Positions 27,464 to 41,238 of a stretch of 64,000 nucleotides of DNA are shown piece by piece. Numbering within the stretch: the stretch's first letter is position 1; the number at the start of each line of letters is the position of its first letter. The translations under genes and the position numbers were made by a program. The notes beneath the pieces were generated by a model. The model ran no database searches and was not told the DNA's origin. It saw only the letters and a program-made list of their open reading frames with translations. The DNA is taken from the NCBI GenBank assembly GCA_951406725.2, contig OX597832.1, positions 14,818,001 to 14,882,000 on the forward strand. The letters run 5' to 3'. The stretch comes from Octopus vulgaris. Taxonomy: Eukaryota.

Positions 27464-28185
27464 TGGGAGAGAGAGAAAGAGAAAGACAGTAAGAGAGATA
27501 GGAAACAGAGAGAGTCAGAGAGAGAAAGAGAAAAAACAGAGGGAGAGAGAGAATTACATAGGCAAATATATATAACGTAGCATTAACATGAATCCTGTAT
27601 TTTGAAAATGTAAAGGGGGTGAAATAATTAAGAAATAGCAATTGAGGGTAACTGACTTAGAAAAGGAGAAAGTACGGCGGTACAAGGATTCTCTAATGTC
27701 GTCATGGTATTGTGATTCTCAAACTCCCTCTTGAATTTCTTTATGTACACAGAGCTGCTTTGAAGGCAGAACATAACAGCCTAGAACCATGCAAGTTTCT
27801 ATCACACTAGACACGGAAACTTGTTGAGTACACAACCCACGTACACAGTTCTAGTCATTGAAGTGGTTTCATATCGCAGAGAAATGTCTACTTTCCAAGC
27901 TCTCAAAAAAAAAAACGAAATCTATATCAATTTATTGTCCTCTATCATCATTTTCCATTAAGATGTACAGAAACTTATTTGCAATAGTTTTAAACAAATT
28001 ATCATTTTCTCAATAGGATATGCATTTGATAGCCATTCACAATACGACATAAATAAATAACTTAAAGGTATAATCTACATATACAGATGCAAACACACAC
28101 ATATTTGTACGTATAATCACATACACAATTATGGATGTGCAAATATGTGCGCCTGTGTTTATACATGTGCATATAAATTCATACT

Positions 28186-28231
<46 letters not shown>

Positions 28232-28257
28232 ATTTTTCTATCTGTATATATATGCAC

Positions 28258-28322
<65 letters not shown>

Positions 28323-28621
28323 CACATATACACACACATGCATGTACATATATGTATTTGAATTAAGTAAATAGAATTTTCTTCAATATAGAAAGCTCAG
28401 CGTGATGGTCTAGGTATTGAACATAAAGTACTAAAATATTTATGCTATTTGAGTGTAAATATTATCGCAGTGGTTATTACTTTTCATAACCTCATAAGTG
28501 AAAATATATGTCCAAATTGGACATATTCCTGCTGTCGAAATAAGCCACACGTTACTTCAAACTGAGACGTATATGCCATTGTGTGTTATATCGTGTGCAT
28601 ATGAGCACACACACACACACG

Positions 28622-28708
<87 letters not shown>

Positions 28709-28805
28709 CATGTGTGTATATCGGTGTATGTGTATGTCTCACTATCTTACGTTTATGCACCGGTGTATGTGTATATTTAATCTATCTTTCTGTCTATCTG
28801 CCTAA

Positions 28806-28855
<50 letters not shown>

Positions 28856-28873
28856 ACATACCTACATATATAT

Positions 28874-28918
<45 letters not shown>

Positions 28919-29700
28919 TATGTATTTATATATATGTGCATATATATACATACAAACACATATTCATCCATATATATACGTACATATATATATATGCATA
29001 TATATGAATACATGCATTCATACATGTATGTGTACACCTGCGTACGTATGCTCAGTGATATTGATGGTGTTACGCTTAGGTGTGTTTATATTTCAGTTAG
29101 TGAGATTTAGTTATTTTTATTCTTATTCTTGTTGTTCGTTACCTGATAAAATTGCTTTGCTGCTTAATCTAGTATTAATTTGTGACAATTGTATATTAAT
29201 ATTGATATATTAACATTTATTAGAATTCGATGAACATCAAGTTAAACTTGTTGCTTGTCATGTCCTGTCCGCAATGGTCAGGATTATTTTTTCGTGGAAT
29301 AATGACCCTTTACATCACAGGTGACTCTCTGGAGGAGCAGTGAGGTAGGGATTATAAATTGATGTATTATATCGTGTCATTTACTTTTAACATGTCCTGC
29401 AAAACATACATTTATTTTTTGCCAACCTTATTTACATATACACCTGTGCTTAACTAGATCTATGTAAGTGAATTGTAATATATGACATCAATATCTAGAT
29501 ACATGATCTCGTTATAAATTTATAATTACATATTTGTTTTCCGTGACTTTCACTCAATGTTTTCTTTATTTTTCGAAATTGGCTCCACAGTAGGTCATGC
29601 CGAAAGTTCTGCATTGTGCTTGTGATATTTAATTAATATTTATACGTATGTTGACCTGGTTTTTCTAGTAATATTTATATGATTCTTCAGGTCATTAACC

Positions 29701-30049
<349 letters not shown>

Positions 30050-30224
30050 AAATAACAAGAAGTGTGCGACTGTTATTTGAAATAAATATAAATTGACTCT
30101 CTTGATTAAAATGAATATGAAACGAATGAACACTAATTCGACACTCCGTTTATCCTTTACAAGTTCAAAGTATAAAATGAAATGAAATTCACAGGAAGGA
30201 AACGCTGGAATATTCAAAACTAAA

Positions 30225-30830
30225 CGAGAATAACTGCGTTTCTTTCCAGATGAAACGACGTCATCAGTCTTCAGTCTTTCGCAATGGAAGGCATCAGGAA
30301 GGAAAGAAAGAAATATAAAAAATAAAAGATTTGGAGGAAAAATTTATTCAGTCAAAAAGTTTAGTGTAAATGTGGTGGAATTCACCAGCCATTTTATTAA
30401 TTCCTCCAGGCGGAAAATGTCAACAGTTGAGAAAAATATCTCTTCTAATGTGTTTTGAGGAATGAAATTGTAGTGGAATGAATGTAATTTTTGAGGATGT
30501 GCATCTTCAGTTCTTCCTCAAACTTACACCCTTTTCATGTAGTATACTTCGCAAGTTCCTTACAGCCATTGGTATTGCACCTGGCGTCATATTTATGTCC
30601 ATTAATTCTCTTTTGCAATCGTTCTTTTTGTGTAACGAACATAATTCTTTTTGTGTTCGTTGTATTCCGCTGCATACACAAAACGGAAATGCTTCCAGGC
30701 CCCTCCTTCTGTGTAAATCATAACAGATCTGTTAAAATTCTTGATAGGTTTGGTCTGGCACATGTTATTGCACAACGAACAAAGCTTACCTCTTTATGTG
30801 TATGATTTTATGGGTGCATGGTCATGAAAC
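30225..30830 (-). mobile_element. Penelope-like element relic: Cys linker, GIY-YIG endonuclease and 3' region
   Basis: With frameshifts, the minus strand gives KLCSLCNNM, NYVRYTKR (YVG-like), LQKRINGHKYD, CKELAKY, LKMHILK and a terminal PGGIN, all characteristic of the PLE GIY-YIG domain. Confidence 0.72.
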
Positions 30831-30999
30831 TATACTCTAGTTACGGCTCATTGAAGACGTGTTATTTCTCCTGTATGACTGCTTCGCAGAAGACTGTGGC
30901 TTTAGGCCCTGAAGAAAATCTACGTCGAGCTAATCAAGAAGTAACGTCGAATATTTCGACACAAAATTTATGTTTTCGAAACGTCGAATAGCCGTAGAA

Positions 31000-31476
31000 T
31001 TATTTTGCAAACCCACGTCATTCCGTATTCATCTCCACCACCGCTCTCTTCAGCTACATCCTACAATCAGATCAGATTCGAAGTCCCAGTGTTTGAGGCC
31101 AAGACGTACTTGCACAGACAAAGGGTATTATTAGAAATATGCAAATATTTTAGTGCGCCTTTATGTAAAACGCGGTTGTAGTGAATCAGGCTTACAGGTA
31201 ATCGCGAATGATACATAGCAGTAATTAGTAGTGTTAATCACTTTGACGGCTAATTTCAAAAGTGGGAAAAAAGCTTATGACCGAATTCCTTTAGTGATTA
31301 ATTGGCACCGGATTTTTGCTGGCATTTCAAAATTGTTGTATGAGAGTTACCAACAAATTTCAGAGAAATATTCTCATTTCCGACGCATATTTCCTCTTCG
31401 GCCGATTGCAGCCTTCAGGCGTAATAGAAATGCTAGAATATTACTGAGCAATACCTCTAAAACAAACTCCATCTGA
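31000..31476 (+). mobile_element. Penelope-like element relic: RT thumb and linker
   Basis: FCKPT..HLHHRS, KSQCLRPRRTCTD, KRG, RIPLVINWH and IFPLRPIAAFRRNRN match PLE RT C-terminal motifs (KPT, SQ.LRLRRIC, RGY, RIPLV.TYH, P..A.RR..N). Confidence 0.8.
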
Positions 31477-31489
31477 ATGAAGTAGAGTA

Positions 31490-31583
31490 ACGAGCGGAAG
31501 AACACAGCGCACCGCCGGGAAGCGTGCTCATGACTCTACAATTGTGGGCTAAATTCCCCTAACCACTGAGCCATGCACCTTCA
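31490..31583 (-). mobile_element. tRNA-like SINE head (fourth family, degenerate)
   Basis: The reverse complement gaaggtgcatggctcagtggttagggg... has a clear A-box; the B-box is decayed. Confidence 0.55.
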
Positions 31584-31643
31584 CTCTCTTAACCGTAGAG
31601 AAAAGGAGTGAAGTGACAGAGGCAGAGAAAGATAAGCATCATA

Positions 31644-31956
31644 CATTTAAAATGAAATTTAGACTGAAATACGATCGATCTTTTCCAGCATCTTTACGTT
31701 TAACAATGAAGAGGAGAGAAAGACATTCGGTAACGATTAGAGGCAAGGTTTTTCCGCTGTTTCAGTTTTCACTCTGGGAGTTCAAGAAGGATCGAGTGTT
31801 CATTTAAAATGACAATTAGACAGAAATACGATCGATCATTTCTACCTTTCTACATTTAAGAATGAAGAACAGGGAAAGATATTTAGTAATGAATAGAGCG
31901 AACGTCTTTCAGATGTTTACGTTTTCATTCTGGGAGTTCTAGAACGATCGAGTGTT
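31644..31956. repeat. Diverged tandem duplication, two units of about 157 bp
   Basis: Units 31644-31800 and 31801-31956 both run catttaaaatga...gaaatacgatcgatc...ctgggagttc...gatcgagtgtt. Confidence 0.9.
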
Positions 31957-32257
31957 AGTTTTCTCTTCTTTCCCCACCCTCGTATATATTCACCATCTTT
32001 GATATTTCTTCATGTCTCTTAGTTGGTTGGAAGATCTTGTTTTGTTTTTTTCAGGCACGTTTAATGGTTTCCCCTAATAATTACAAACAAGCCTGCTTCC
32101 CTTCCTTACATTCATACAAAAACTTATGCAAATTTCGAACGGGGTACAGCTGCTAAAGGAATCCAGAAAAATAGATGACACCCTCTACAAAAGAGGTGGG
32201 AGAGATCAGCTACCCATATGCGGCTATTGTACTCAATTGTACTCTATACTTTAAATA

Positions 32258-32332
32258 GTGTCTTTTACTAGACCTTCGGGCCGACCAATGTTTTGGAGAG
32301 GATTTGGTAAACGGAAACTGAAAGAAGCCCGT

Positions 32333-32370
<38 letters not shown>

Positions 32371-32600
32371 GATATATACGTATATATATGTGCTTGTGTG
32401 TGTTTGTCTATGTGTTTGTCCCCCATCATCATCACTTGATAACCGCTGTTGATGCGTTTGCATCTAGTTACCTAGCCGTTCGGCAGGAGAGAATGATAGA
32501 ATAAGCACCAGAATCTCAGGGAATAAGTGCAGGGTTTGATTTCTTATACTAAATTGTGGTGCTCCTGCATGACAGCGGTCAAATGATTGAAAAATATAAA
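32258..32600 (+). mobile_element. 5'-truncated, diverged SINE family A
   Basis: cttcgggccgaccaatg...cggaaactgaaagaagcccgtc, an internal microsatellite and a degenerate tail. Confidence 0.85.
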
Positions 32601-32743
32601 AAAAAGAACACCAGAAGAAATTTCCATACCACTAAAAACCTGGAAGGTTCTTCCCATACGTACGATGTATTTGAAGGCTAAATAGTAATACCGTTTTGGT
32701 TGGATTATGTAGTTATCGGGTTTACACTTCATTATATATCCTG

Positions 32744-32837
32744 AAGACACTTGCCCAAAGTGCCACGCACTGGGACTGAACCCGGAACCATGTGGTTCGT
32801 AAGAAAGCTACTTACCACACAGACACTACCACGCCTA
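32744..32837 (-). mobile_element. SINE family A head fragment
   Basis: gaagacacttgccc...gggactgaacccggaaccatgtggtt...ctacttaccacac. Confidence 0.88.
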
Positions 32838-34404
32838 TACTGAAATATTCTTTAATATTCTGTTCATATTCCAATTTTCTGTGAAAAAAACATAACGGAA
32901 GCTGTGATTCAGAAAATCCACACGCCGAAAATTTCGAAAAAGTTTGCATATTTTACTGATATTTTCGTCAAGCATATTTCATGTGGTTTTGATTACGATT
33001 GCATAAAGAATTAAAGTAGAAAAATGTGAAGGGAACAGATATTTCTTCCCTCTTGACTTCGTTTGCTCATCATTTTGATGATATAATTAACGTATGTTAA
33101 AAATAAACGTCGACATCTATGTAATCACAGCTATTTCTAGCTTATCATATGACTATGGATTCGGCGCACCAGCTTTGAGTAGTTTAATGACAGAAATGTA
33201 TTTCATTTAGAATGAAAGATTTTAAGAAATATATATTAAATAAATAGCATTGTATTCTATTCTCCTTTATAGAAAGGTAACTTTCATAGGATTATTAATA
33301 AATAATACAATATTTTGAAAATATATAAATAATACAATATATTGAAAATATATGGGGAAACCAATATTAATATGCATGAAATATCCCTATCATCATTTTA
33401 TTTGTACATTAAATTTCAACATAATCTTAATCTGCACCGTCTGAATAATATTTATAGAAAATTTCCTTTATACAAACATCGGCTTTATCGAAAGCTATAA
33501 GGAAACGAAATGGGAGTGTTGTATGAAGTGATGACACACTTTAGTAATCACTGGCCCATCCAGAATAGCCTTGTAAAACATGTATATGTTTTCCTTCCAC
33601 TTTCTATGTTCTTTAATCCTTTAGAGCATTGAAAGTATAGTTGGAACCTGCAGTAATTCATTAACTGTTTTAAGCTTCTAAATTGTAGAAAGCAGCTTTG
33701 GACACGTCTTGAAAACATTTTTGTTTCCACTAGTATCTACATATGTTAACACGTGCTACTGCACAGTTAATTGGAATATTACTTTAAATAAGATTTTGTG
33801 ATCGAAGCTATTATTTCAAATAGTAAATTATACAAACTTTTCAAAACCTCGTTTCCGCAAAAATATATAGAAATTTGTGAAAAGAATACCTTTCTAGTTA
33901 TGAATATTGGTTTATTTTATTAAATGTTAAATATTACCAACTAAATGATACGCAGGTTTCATCATATTGGCCACACGCCGACGTGTTAGCTTTGTGTGTC
34001 ATTGGCCAAAATGATTTCCTGCAGCAGTTACTGGTATTTACGTTAAAATGACCTGGTTCAAATGTTACTGTCACCATTATGCAGGAAATGAAAGAATAGC
34101 ATAGGAATACCAAGATAGATGGTAAACACGGATTCTATATTCACGGAAATTTCTGAAATAGCTTCCAAATTAGAAGAATATATATAATGAACAGGATTTC
34201 TTTCAATCGGACCTGCTCAGAAAATTATACTTGGATTTCATTCCGTATAAACTAGAATTCTGTCTTAAAATAGTTTGCTTCCGGAATGATTTATAGCGAA
34301 AAGACTAGGACATTTCTACAATATCCATCATAAAGATTTCCTGTAGATAATTACATTCAATTATGAAAATGGTTAAAATATGGCAAAATACAAACTTTAT
34401 AATT

Positions 34405-34569
34405 GACACAGGAGTGTCTGTGTGGTAAGTAACTATGTAATCAACCACATGGTTCCGGGTTCAGTCCCACTGCGTGGCATCTTGGGCAATTGTCTTCTGC
34501 TATAGTCCCGGGCCGACCAATGCCTCGTGAGTGGATTTGGTAGACAGAAACTGAAAGAAGCCTGTCGTA

Positions 34570-34624
<55 letters not shown>

Positions 34625-34804
34625 TTGTGTGTCTGTGCTTGTCTCCCTAGCAGTGCTTGACAACCGATGCTGGTGTGTTTATTGATAGAATAAGTACTGG
34701 GCTTACAAAGAATAAGTCCCGGGGTCGATTTGCTCGACTAAAAGGCGGTGCTCCAGCATGGCCGCAGTCAAATGACTGAAACAAGGAAAAGAGTAAAAGA
34801 GTAA
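34405..34804 (+). mobile_element. SINE family A
   Basis: Near-identical to 44231-44660 apart from an internal deletion; includes the CORE-like cttgggcaa(t/g)tgtctt segment. Confidence 0.93.
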
Positions 34805-36085
34805 TGTTACTGGAGAGGAAGTTATAAGTGTTGCCAGTAGTTACATCTGTCGTATCTTGACTCTGACACAATGAAATTCTTTCCTATTACATCTATATTC
34901 GTGTAAGATTTTGGGCTGAAAATAAGTACGATCTTAGGTTTATAACTTGAATTCATTACATGCATATTGTGTATATATTAACTGTATTCCGTTTTTCAGT
35001 AGCATGGTGTGGATTGCGGGAGATTTTGATGCAATTTATCTTTGGATCATTCGATGAAATTCATGCAGCTGCACCAGTAAATGGCAGCAATAAGCACAAT
35101 ATAACTAGGGCAGAATAATTTATCACATATTTGCATATATTATAAGTGATTAAAAAAGTTTTGTTTGCCTGAGATCCTAATAACTACATTTTCTCTCTCT
35201 CTCACACACACACACACAAATATATGAGAATGATATTTATTCCTATATTTTATAGCACAAACTTAGCTTTGATGAAATATAAAGCTTTCTACAAATTGCT
35301 TGGAAATATAGTTATAAGTTTAATTAGAGTAATATACAATATTATATCTAGTATGTTAAATGCTTTATATTCTTGTTACGTGAATAGAAATGTGGAACAA
35401 TTAGTTTACAGTTTATATGAAAGAGTCAATACATTCAGTCGTGAAAAAATAATTTCTCGTTCTATTTTATAGTCTCTGTTGCATTTCGATATGATAAAAC
35501 ATGAATTAAATATCAAACAGATTAATATGGTGTTAACACGTGCTTATACATGTCTCCTCTCATAAGTTCATCTTCCTAGCGTTCTGAATACTTTTTCTAT
35601 CGTCTTGCCGTAACAGCCCTCACTATTTGTTTTTACTGTTTTGCTCTCGCTCTCCTGTTCCTGTTACCACTTTCGCCCCCCGCAAAAGAAAAAAAAACAT
35701 CCCAAATTTCTTTTAATTTCTTTTCCGGGAAGGACTGCTTCAACAAAGTCTCGTATTGTCCTTGCCTTCGACAAGTAAGTTGTCATTATAGTACTCGGAG
35801 TTTCGAATGTCCGAGGGAAGGGCTGCGATGTATTCGTGTCACCTATTAAAGACAATAGACGCTATGAAAAACCATTCAATAAAGGGAAACAAAGAAACAG
35901 TTAAAAAATGGACGGAACAGTTTTTCATAACGTCTGTTGCCAGTAATAGCCGACGAATATGCATCGTAGCTATAGAAACGGAGTACTATAAGGAGAACTT
36001 ACTGATTGCCCTAGATTATACATATATAAATAATTCTTAATTTACCTAATATAGAGGTCTGTTTCTTTTGTTGTCACTTTTTCTT

Positions 36086-36147
<62 letters not shown>

Positions 36148-36724
36148 GACAGATAGATAAAGATGTACATACATGCAAACCTACGCACGAAAATACATAT
36201 TTCCTGGACTCTTGAGAAATAAAATATGACACCATATCCCAGTTGAATGTCTACTCAAATGATAAATTTTCATTATATGATATACGTTTTAATATATGAT
36301 GTATTTATGTGTAGAGTAAACATAGCAATCCTTATGTTCCATTTATCATCTGCAAAATAACACCTGCAACAGCAAGATCATTATATATAAAGTAGAATAA
36401 TATTAATCATGTTGAATTTATATGCCCCACCTTCCGCTTACACCCTTGGAATATTTTCGATTAGAAATATTACGTCCAGTGTTTACTAAATGCCATTTAC
36501 AAAGCTTTCTATTTCAATTTCCGTATTTTATTACGACGAATGAAAGATGGATATGTCTGCCTCATTTTGCTACTCACATTATTTATGTATTATGAAAGTG
36601 TAAGTATTGAAAAAAGTTTCTCACTCTTTAAATGTTTATAACTCTCATTGATAAATATTATTTCAATGGTTTACAAAACACAAAAGCTTGCACTCATATT
36701 ACGATGGAGTTTAAACCAACGAGC

Positions 36725-36926
36725 GTACGAAACCGTTAACAAGGCGGATAAGATGTTTAGTGACGTTTCATATTAAGATCCATTTCCACTGAAGTTACTT
36801 TTGCCATTCACGCTTCCGAGGGCGTGGAATTTATGAAGTAAGTACTATTTAAACATTAGGATAATGTAATCTACTAGTCCCGTACATTTCATATTTCAGG
36901 CCGTGTCCCTATGTAGAAAGGATATT
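36725..36926 (+). mobile_element. Highly decayed SINE family B
   Basis: acttttgccattcacgcttccgaggg core and tail tttcaggccgtgtccctatgtagaaaggatatt. Confidence 0.5.
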
Positions 36927-37505
36927 ACAATAGTATATGTAAATTTGCGAATTTAGTAATTGCTCTTCTTGATTACAATATTTTGAAAATGACTGCAACA
37001 TTTTAGACGACGTAATTGAAAATGTAAAAATTCATTATCAAGAGACAAAGCGAAACAGTTTGACGCGAATAACATTTCTTAAAGAAAAATGCTACTAATC
37101 AATGGACATATCTACCAACATTTTGATAAGCTGTACTTGTATTTTTCCATCTTCCAAATTGAATAAAGGGAGAATGTACTAGCTATCAAATTAAATATTA
37201 AAACCGAAGAGAACGTGGCTCTCAAAACAGTTGAAAGCTGAACAATATATTAAATATTAATTATGTTTGAGACTATATAGCAGAAATGTTTGCAGTTTTA
37301 TAGAGAAAACATGGTTTCATGTCAGAAAATATAAATCAAATTTCAACAAAGGCTATGAAGGAATCTAAGTGATATTATTTCTTAACTTTAAATCTTATAA
37401 GCCATACCATATGTATAACTAAGTATGCATGTATTTCCGCAGTATATTAAAGCATCGTATAATTTTGGGATATAAAATGTCATTTTCTGTTTGTACATGA
37501 CATTT

Positions 37506-37679
<174 letters not shown>

Positions 37680-37847
37680 TCGTAATATGTACTTATGTAA
37701 AGATGGATATATGAATAGATAGGTAGATAGATACATGCATATATACATACAATACTCTATGTATGGGTGGTTATGAATATGTTTGTAAAAACATGCTCTC
37801 CCTCATGGAAACATTATGAATGTTATCTAACACCTTTACTTCAGCTG

Positions 37848-37901
<54 letters not shown>

Positions 37902-38160
37902 AATTTTATTCAATTTGCTTTGCGGGAAGGAATGTTTCCATGAAGTCGTGTCTTGCCTTTCCCTTCGAAAGACAGAGTAGAAGAAACAGAGGTGGCTGAA
38001 GAAGGGGAATTTTCATTTTGTTGTATGTCTTCTACTCTGTTTTTTCATTGTTTAAACAGATTTATTTTTCCTTGTTTTTGTTTTTATGTTTTGGTGTTTC
38101 ATTGTGTTCGACGTTTTTTCTGATGTCCTGTACCCATATATGCATGTATATAAACATATG

Positions 38161-38419
38161 TGGAGACATAATGGTCCAGTGGTTAGGGCGTTGTGTGTGT
38201 TTATTGAGCGAAAACACCTAAAGCCCCACGAGGCTCCGCAGGGGCTGGTGACGATAACTTCTGTACTCTTTCGCCACGACTTTCACTCTTTCTTCTTTTG
38301 GCCTGCTTCCTTAGCCATCATAGTGGCGTTATTTGGAGGCTAAACAATGGGAAGTGCATTGTGAGCAGCGATGTGTAGCAACATCTGATGGCCTGGTCGG
38401 TCACGGTGATCACGGTGAT
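38161..38419 (+). mobile_element. SINE family C (internally deleted)
   Basis: Matches 52971-53276 (gtgtttattgagcgaaaacacctaaagc...agcgatgtgtagcaacatctgat...ggtcggtcacggtgat) but lacks the B-box segment. Confidence 0.9.
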
Positions 38420-39072
38420 ATATACATATAGATGTAGGTACGTACATATATGTATGTATATATGCATGTTTTGTTTTATATCTTACTTTCCCGTTTCCCG
38501 TCACACCACTCTCACACCCCTCGCATTCTTATGTCATTCTATCACTTAGTCACTATTTCTTCCAGGGGAGGCTATTCTCTAACATTGATAGTTTTTCAAG
38601 AGTTACCTCTTTCAATGCTCAAACTTTAATATATAATCTATGCATGGGATAAGGCCTAAACAAACACATTATCGACTTTTGCGCTTGCGAGACGAATTTC
38701 GGAACAGAAATAGCGCAGTTCAATTTTCATGTGCATAAACTTTAAGTGACACATTTTTGGTGGTTCTACGATGTGTTGGCTAGGAGGAGATGTGCCGGTA
38801 GTTTAGACACACAGACACACACACAGATACACACACAGACACACAAGTTGAGTTATATATATATAGATATATTGTTGTGTCTGGGAAGAGTCAGTCTCTT
38901 TTAGTGCCTCATAATTTAACACACGCATTTTACACATTTATTTATATATGTAGAATTCCGTTGAGTCTTGTAACCTTTTCTGTAGTTGTTGACTCCGTCC
39001 ATTATCTAAACTGCGTTCTATTTGTTTGTGTGTTTGTGCGCATGAGTCTAGGTGTGTGTGTGTGCGCGCATT

Positions 39073-39113
<41 letters not shown>

Positions 39114-39396
39114 ATGCATGTAAGTGTCTGCATGCATGCATGTCTGTGTGTATGTATATACGTATGTGTGTACGTTTGAATGTACGTGTTCCGCATATTC
39201 ATGTGTTTGCATGTGTGCATGTATGGGTGTGTCTGTGCGTGTTTATTGGATTTGTGGCTACGTGCTTTGTCTATGTATGGACGTGTATATCCATATGTTT
39301 GTATGTGTGTATCTGTGTATCTGTGTGTCTCCGTATGTATCCTTGTATACATGTAGAATGGTTAGAGGGCTGTTACGTAGATGCATGTTTTTGGGC

Positions 39397-39430
<34 letters not shown>

Positions 39431-39602
39431 GTAAACAATGTCAAATGCGATACAATAAAATTAATTATTATCGCTGGTGTTCTAGGACACGCCATATATT
39501 ATTCATATATAAGTACATTAAAAGGCGAAGTGTGTACTAGATACACAAAAGCTGGATAAATTTAATGAGATGAAAATTAAAAACTTTTACAAACTTAGTT
39601 CT

Positions 39603-39675
39603 TCTTAGACTGCAGTTTCGCCTATTTCAGCAATAAAAATAATATTTATTTACTCAGGTAGGCTCTTCAGTAAGA
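39603..39675 (-). ncRNA. Minimal type I hammerhead ribozyme motif
   Basis: Minus strand: UCUUA-CUGAAGA-GCCUA-(34 nt)-UAGGC-GAAAC-UGCA-GUC-UAAGA. All core nucleotides are present, stem I and stem II are each 5 bp, and the minimal stem III has a palindromic loop. Confidence 0.8.
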
Positions 39676-39837
39676 TTCCTGTTATTATGGGAAGCGCACA
39701 TTAATAGAGGCACATGCGTCTATTAAATTGCTCTTTCTAAACTATTCAAATCACTGCGCAGACTCAGAACGTACCCGACAAAATAGGGTTTTCTGGTATA
39801 TCGTCTAACGCTCAAAAATTTATCGAGAAAATACGTA

Positions 39838-39874
<37 letters not shown>

Positions 39875-41138
39875 TGTGAGTGTGTGTGTGTGTAGCTAAA
39901 TGCATATGAAAGTAAAAAGGTAAATATGCAGACGGATAGATACGCAAGTGATATGAACAGACAAATTCACATACACATACCGACACACTCAGGCATACAA
40001 ACAAGAACACACAAACACATGAATATCCAGAATACCCACATACAAACGTAGAAACATATATATGTACATATGCACACACACGTACATGCATACATCCACA
40101 TGTATTCATGCATACATAGATACATGTGCAGGTACACACACTCACCCACACTCACACATGCGCACAGACAAACAAAAAACGCAGCTCGGATAATGGACGG
40201 AGTCAACAACTATTGAAAAGGTCGCAAGACGCAAGGAAAATTTTAGAAAAATAAAGATGTATATGTGTGGAAATTTTACCGGCGTGTGTATTAAACTAGA
40301 ATACACTGCGACATACTATTTCAATATTTCAAAGTAAGGCAGCCTTATTTGCACAGTTACAGAGAAACGTTTTTTTCTGGGTGATTTCCAAATATTTTTT
40401 GAAAAAGTTACCTACTGATGGTATACTAAACCTGAAATTTTGAAATATCTGGTATACGTACGTCCATCGACTTGCATTATCTAGTTTCTCTAACTTGAAT
40501 TTTTTGGCTTTTAAAACATATTTAATATATTTAGATGCACCAGTCAATACTGGATATATACCCAAAGAAGCTTTCAGTGGAACACCCAAGACTTATATGA
40601 AAATAATACAGCCTTAAATATATTGGAACGAATGAAATACCATAATGTAACAATCCTTTATGATAGAAAAGAAATAACATATTTTCTTTTGATATAAAAG
40701 AGATGGAAAAGAAAGAAATGAATTCAAACATCACAAACATTTTCTTACAAAGAGCATTAAAAGATGTACTTCGCTATTTTCAATACCTATCTCAAGTTAG
40801 TTACTTTATCCAGAAAAAACAATCATTTTCTTTCTTTCTTTTTCGACTGTCTGACCTTCGACATAATTTGACATAACCTAAAGAGAGAGAGAACGAGAGA
40901 GAGGGTAAAATATTACTTAAATAAGAATAGAAAATCAAATAATTTACTTTCACCATAAAAGCGGAGAAATATAAGATGTTTGCAGTGATAGATTAACATG
41001 ACCTATGGTATATTCAATACGTATTATAGAACGCTATTGTTCCTACATTATGTTATAATATAAGATCTTACAAGTGCTGAACAAGATGTGTGCAACATTT
41101 ACATTATATATATTAGCGAAAAATTAAAGTACATCGTG

Positions 41139-41238
41139 NNNNNNNNNNNNNNNNNNNNNNNNNNNNNNNNNNNNNNNNNNNNNNNNNNNNNNNNNNNNNN
41201 NNNNNNNNNNNNNNNNNNNNNNNNNNNNNNNNNNNNNN
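41139..41238. other. Assembly gap (100 N)
   Basis: Run of N; contiguity across it is not assured. Confidence 0.99.

Noticed and set aside
29341-29362. TGAGGTAG let-7-like seed
   Set aside because: The rest of the sequence does not match let-7 and no hairpin partner is evident.
29648-29696. Hammerhead-like words on the minus strand (CUGAAGA..GAAA..GUC)
   Set aside because: Stem II does not pair and the stem I register is wrong.
35664-35855. Possible coding exon (63-aa minus-strand ORF)
   Set aside because: No recognisable motif or convincing splice pair.
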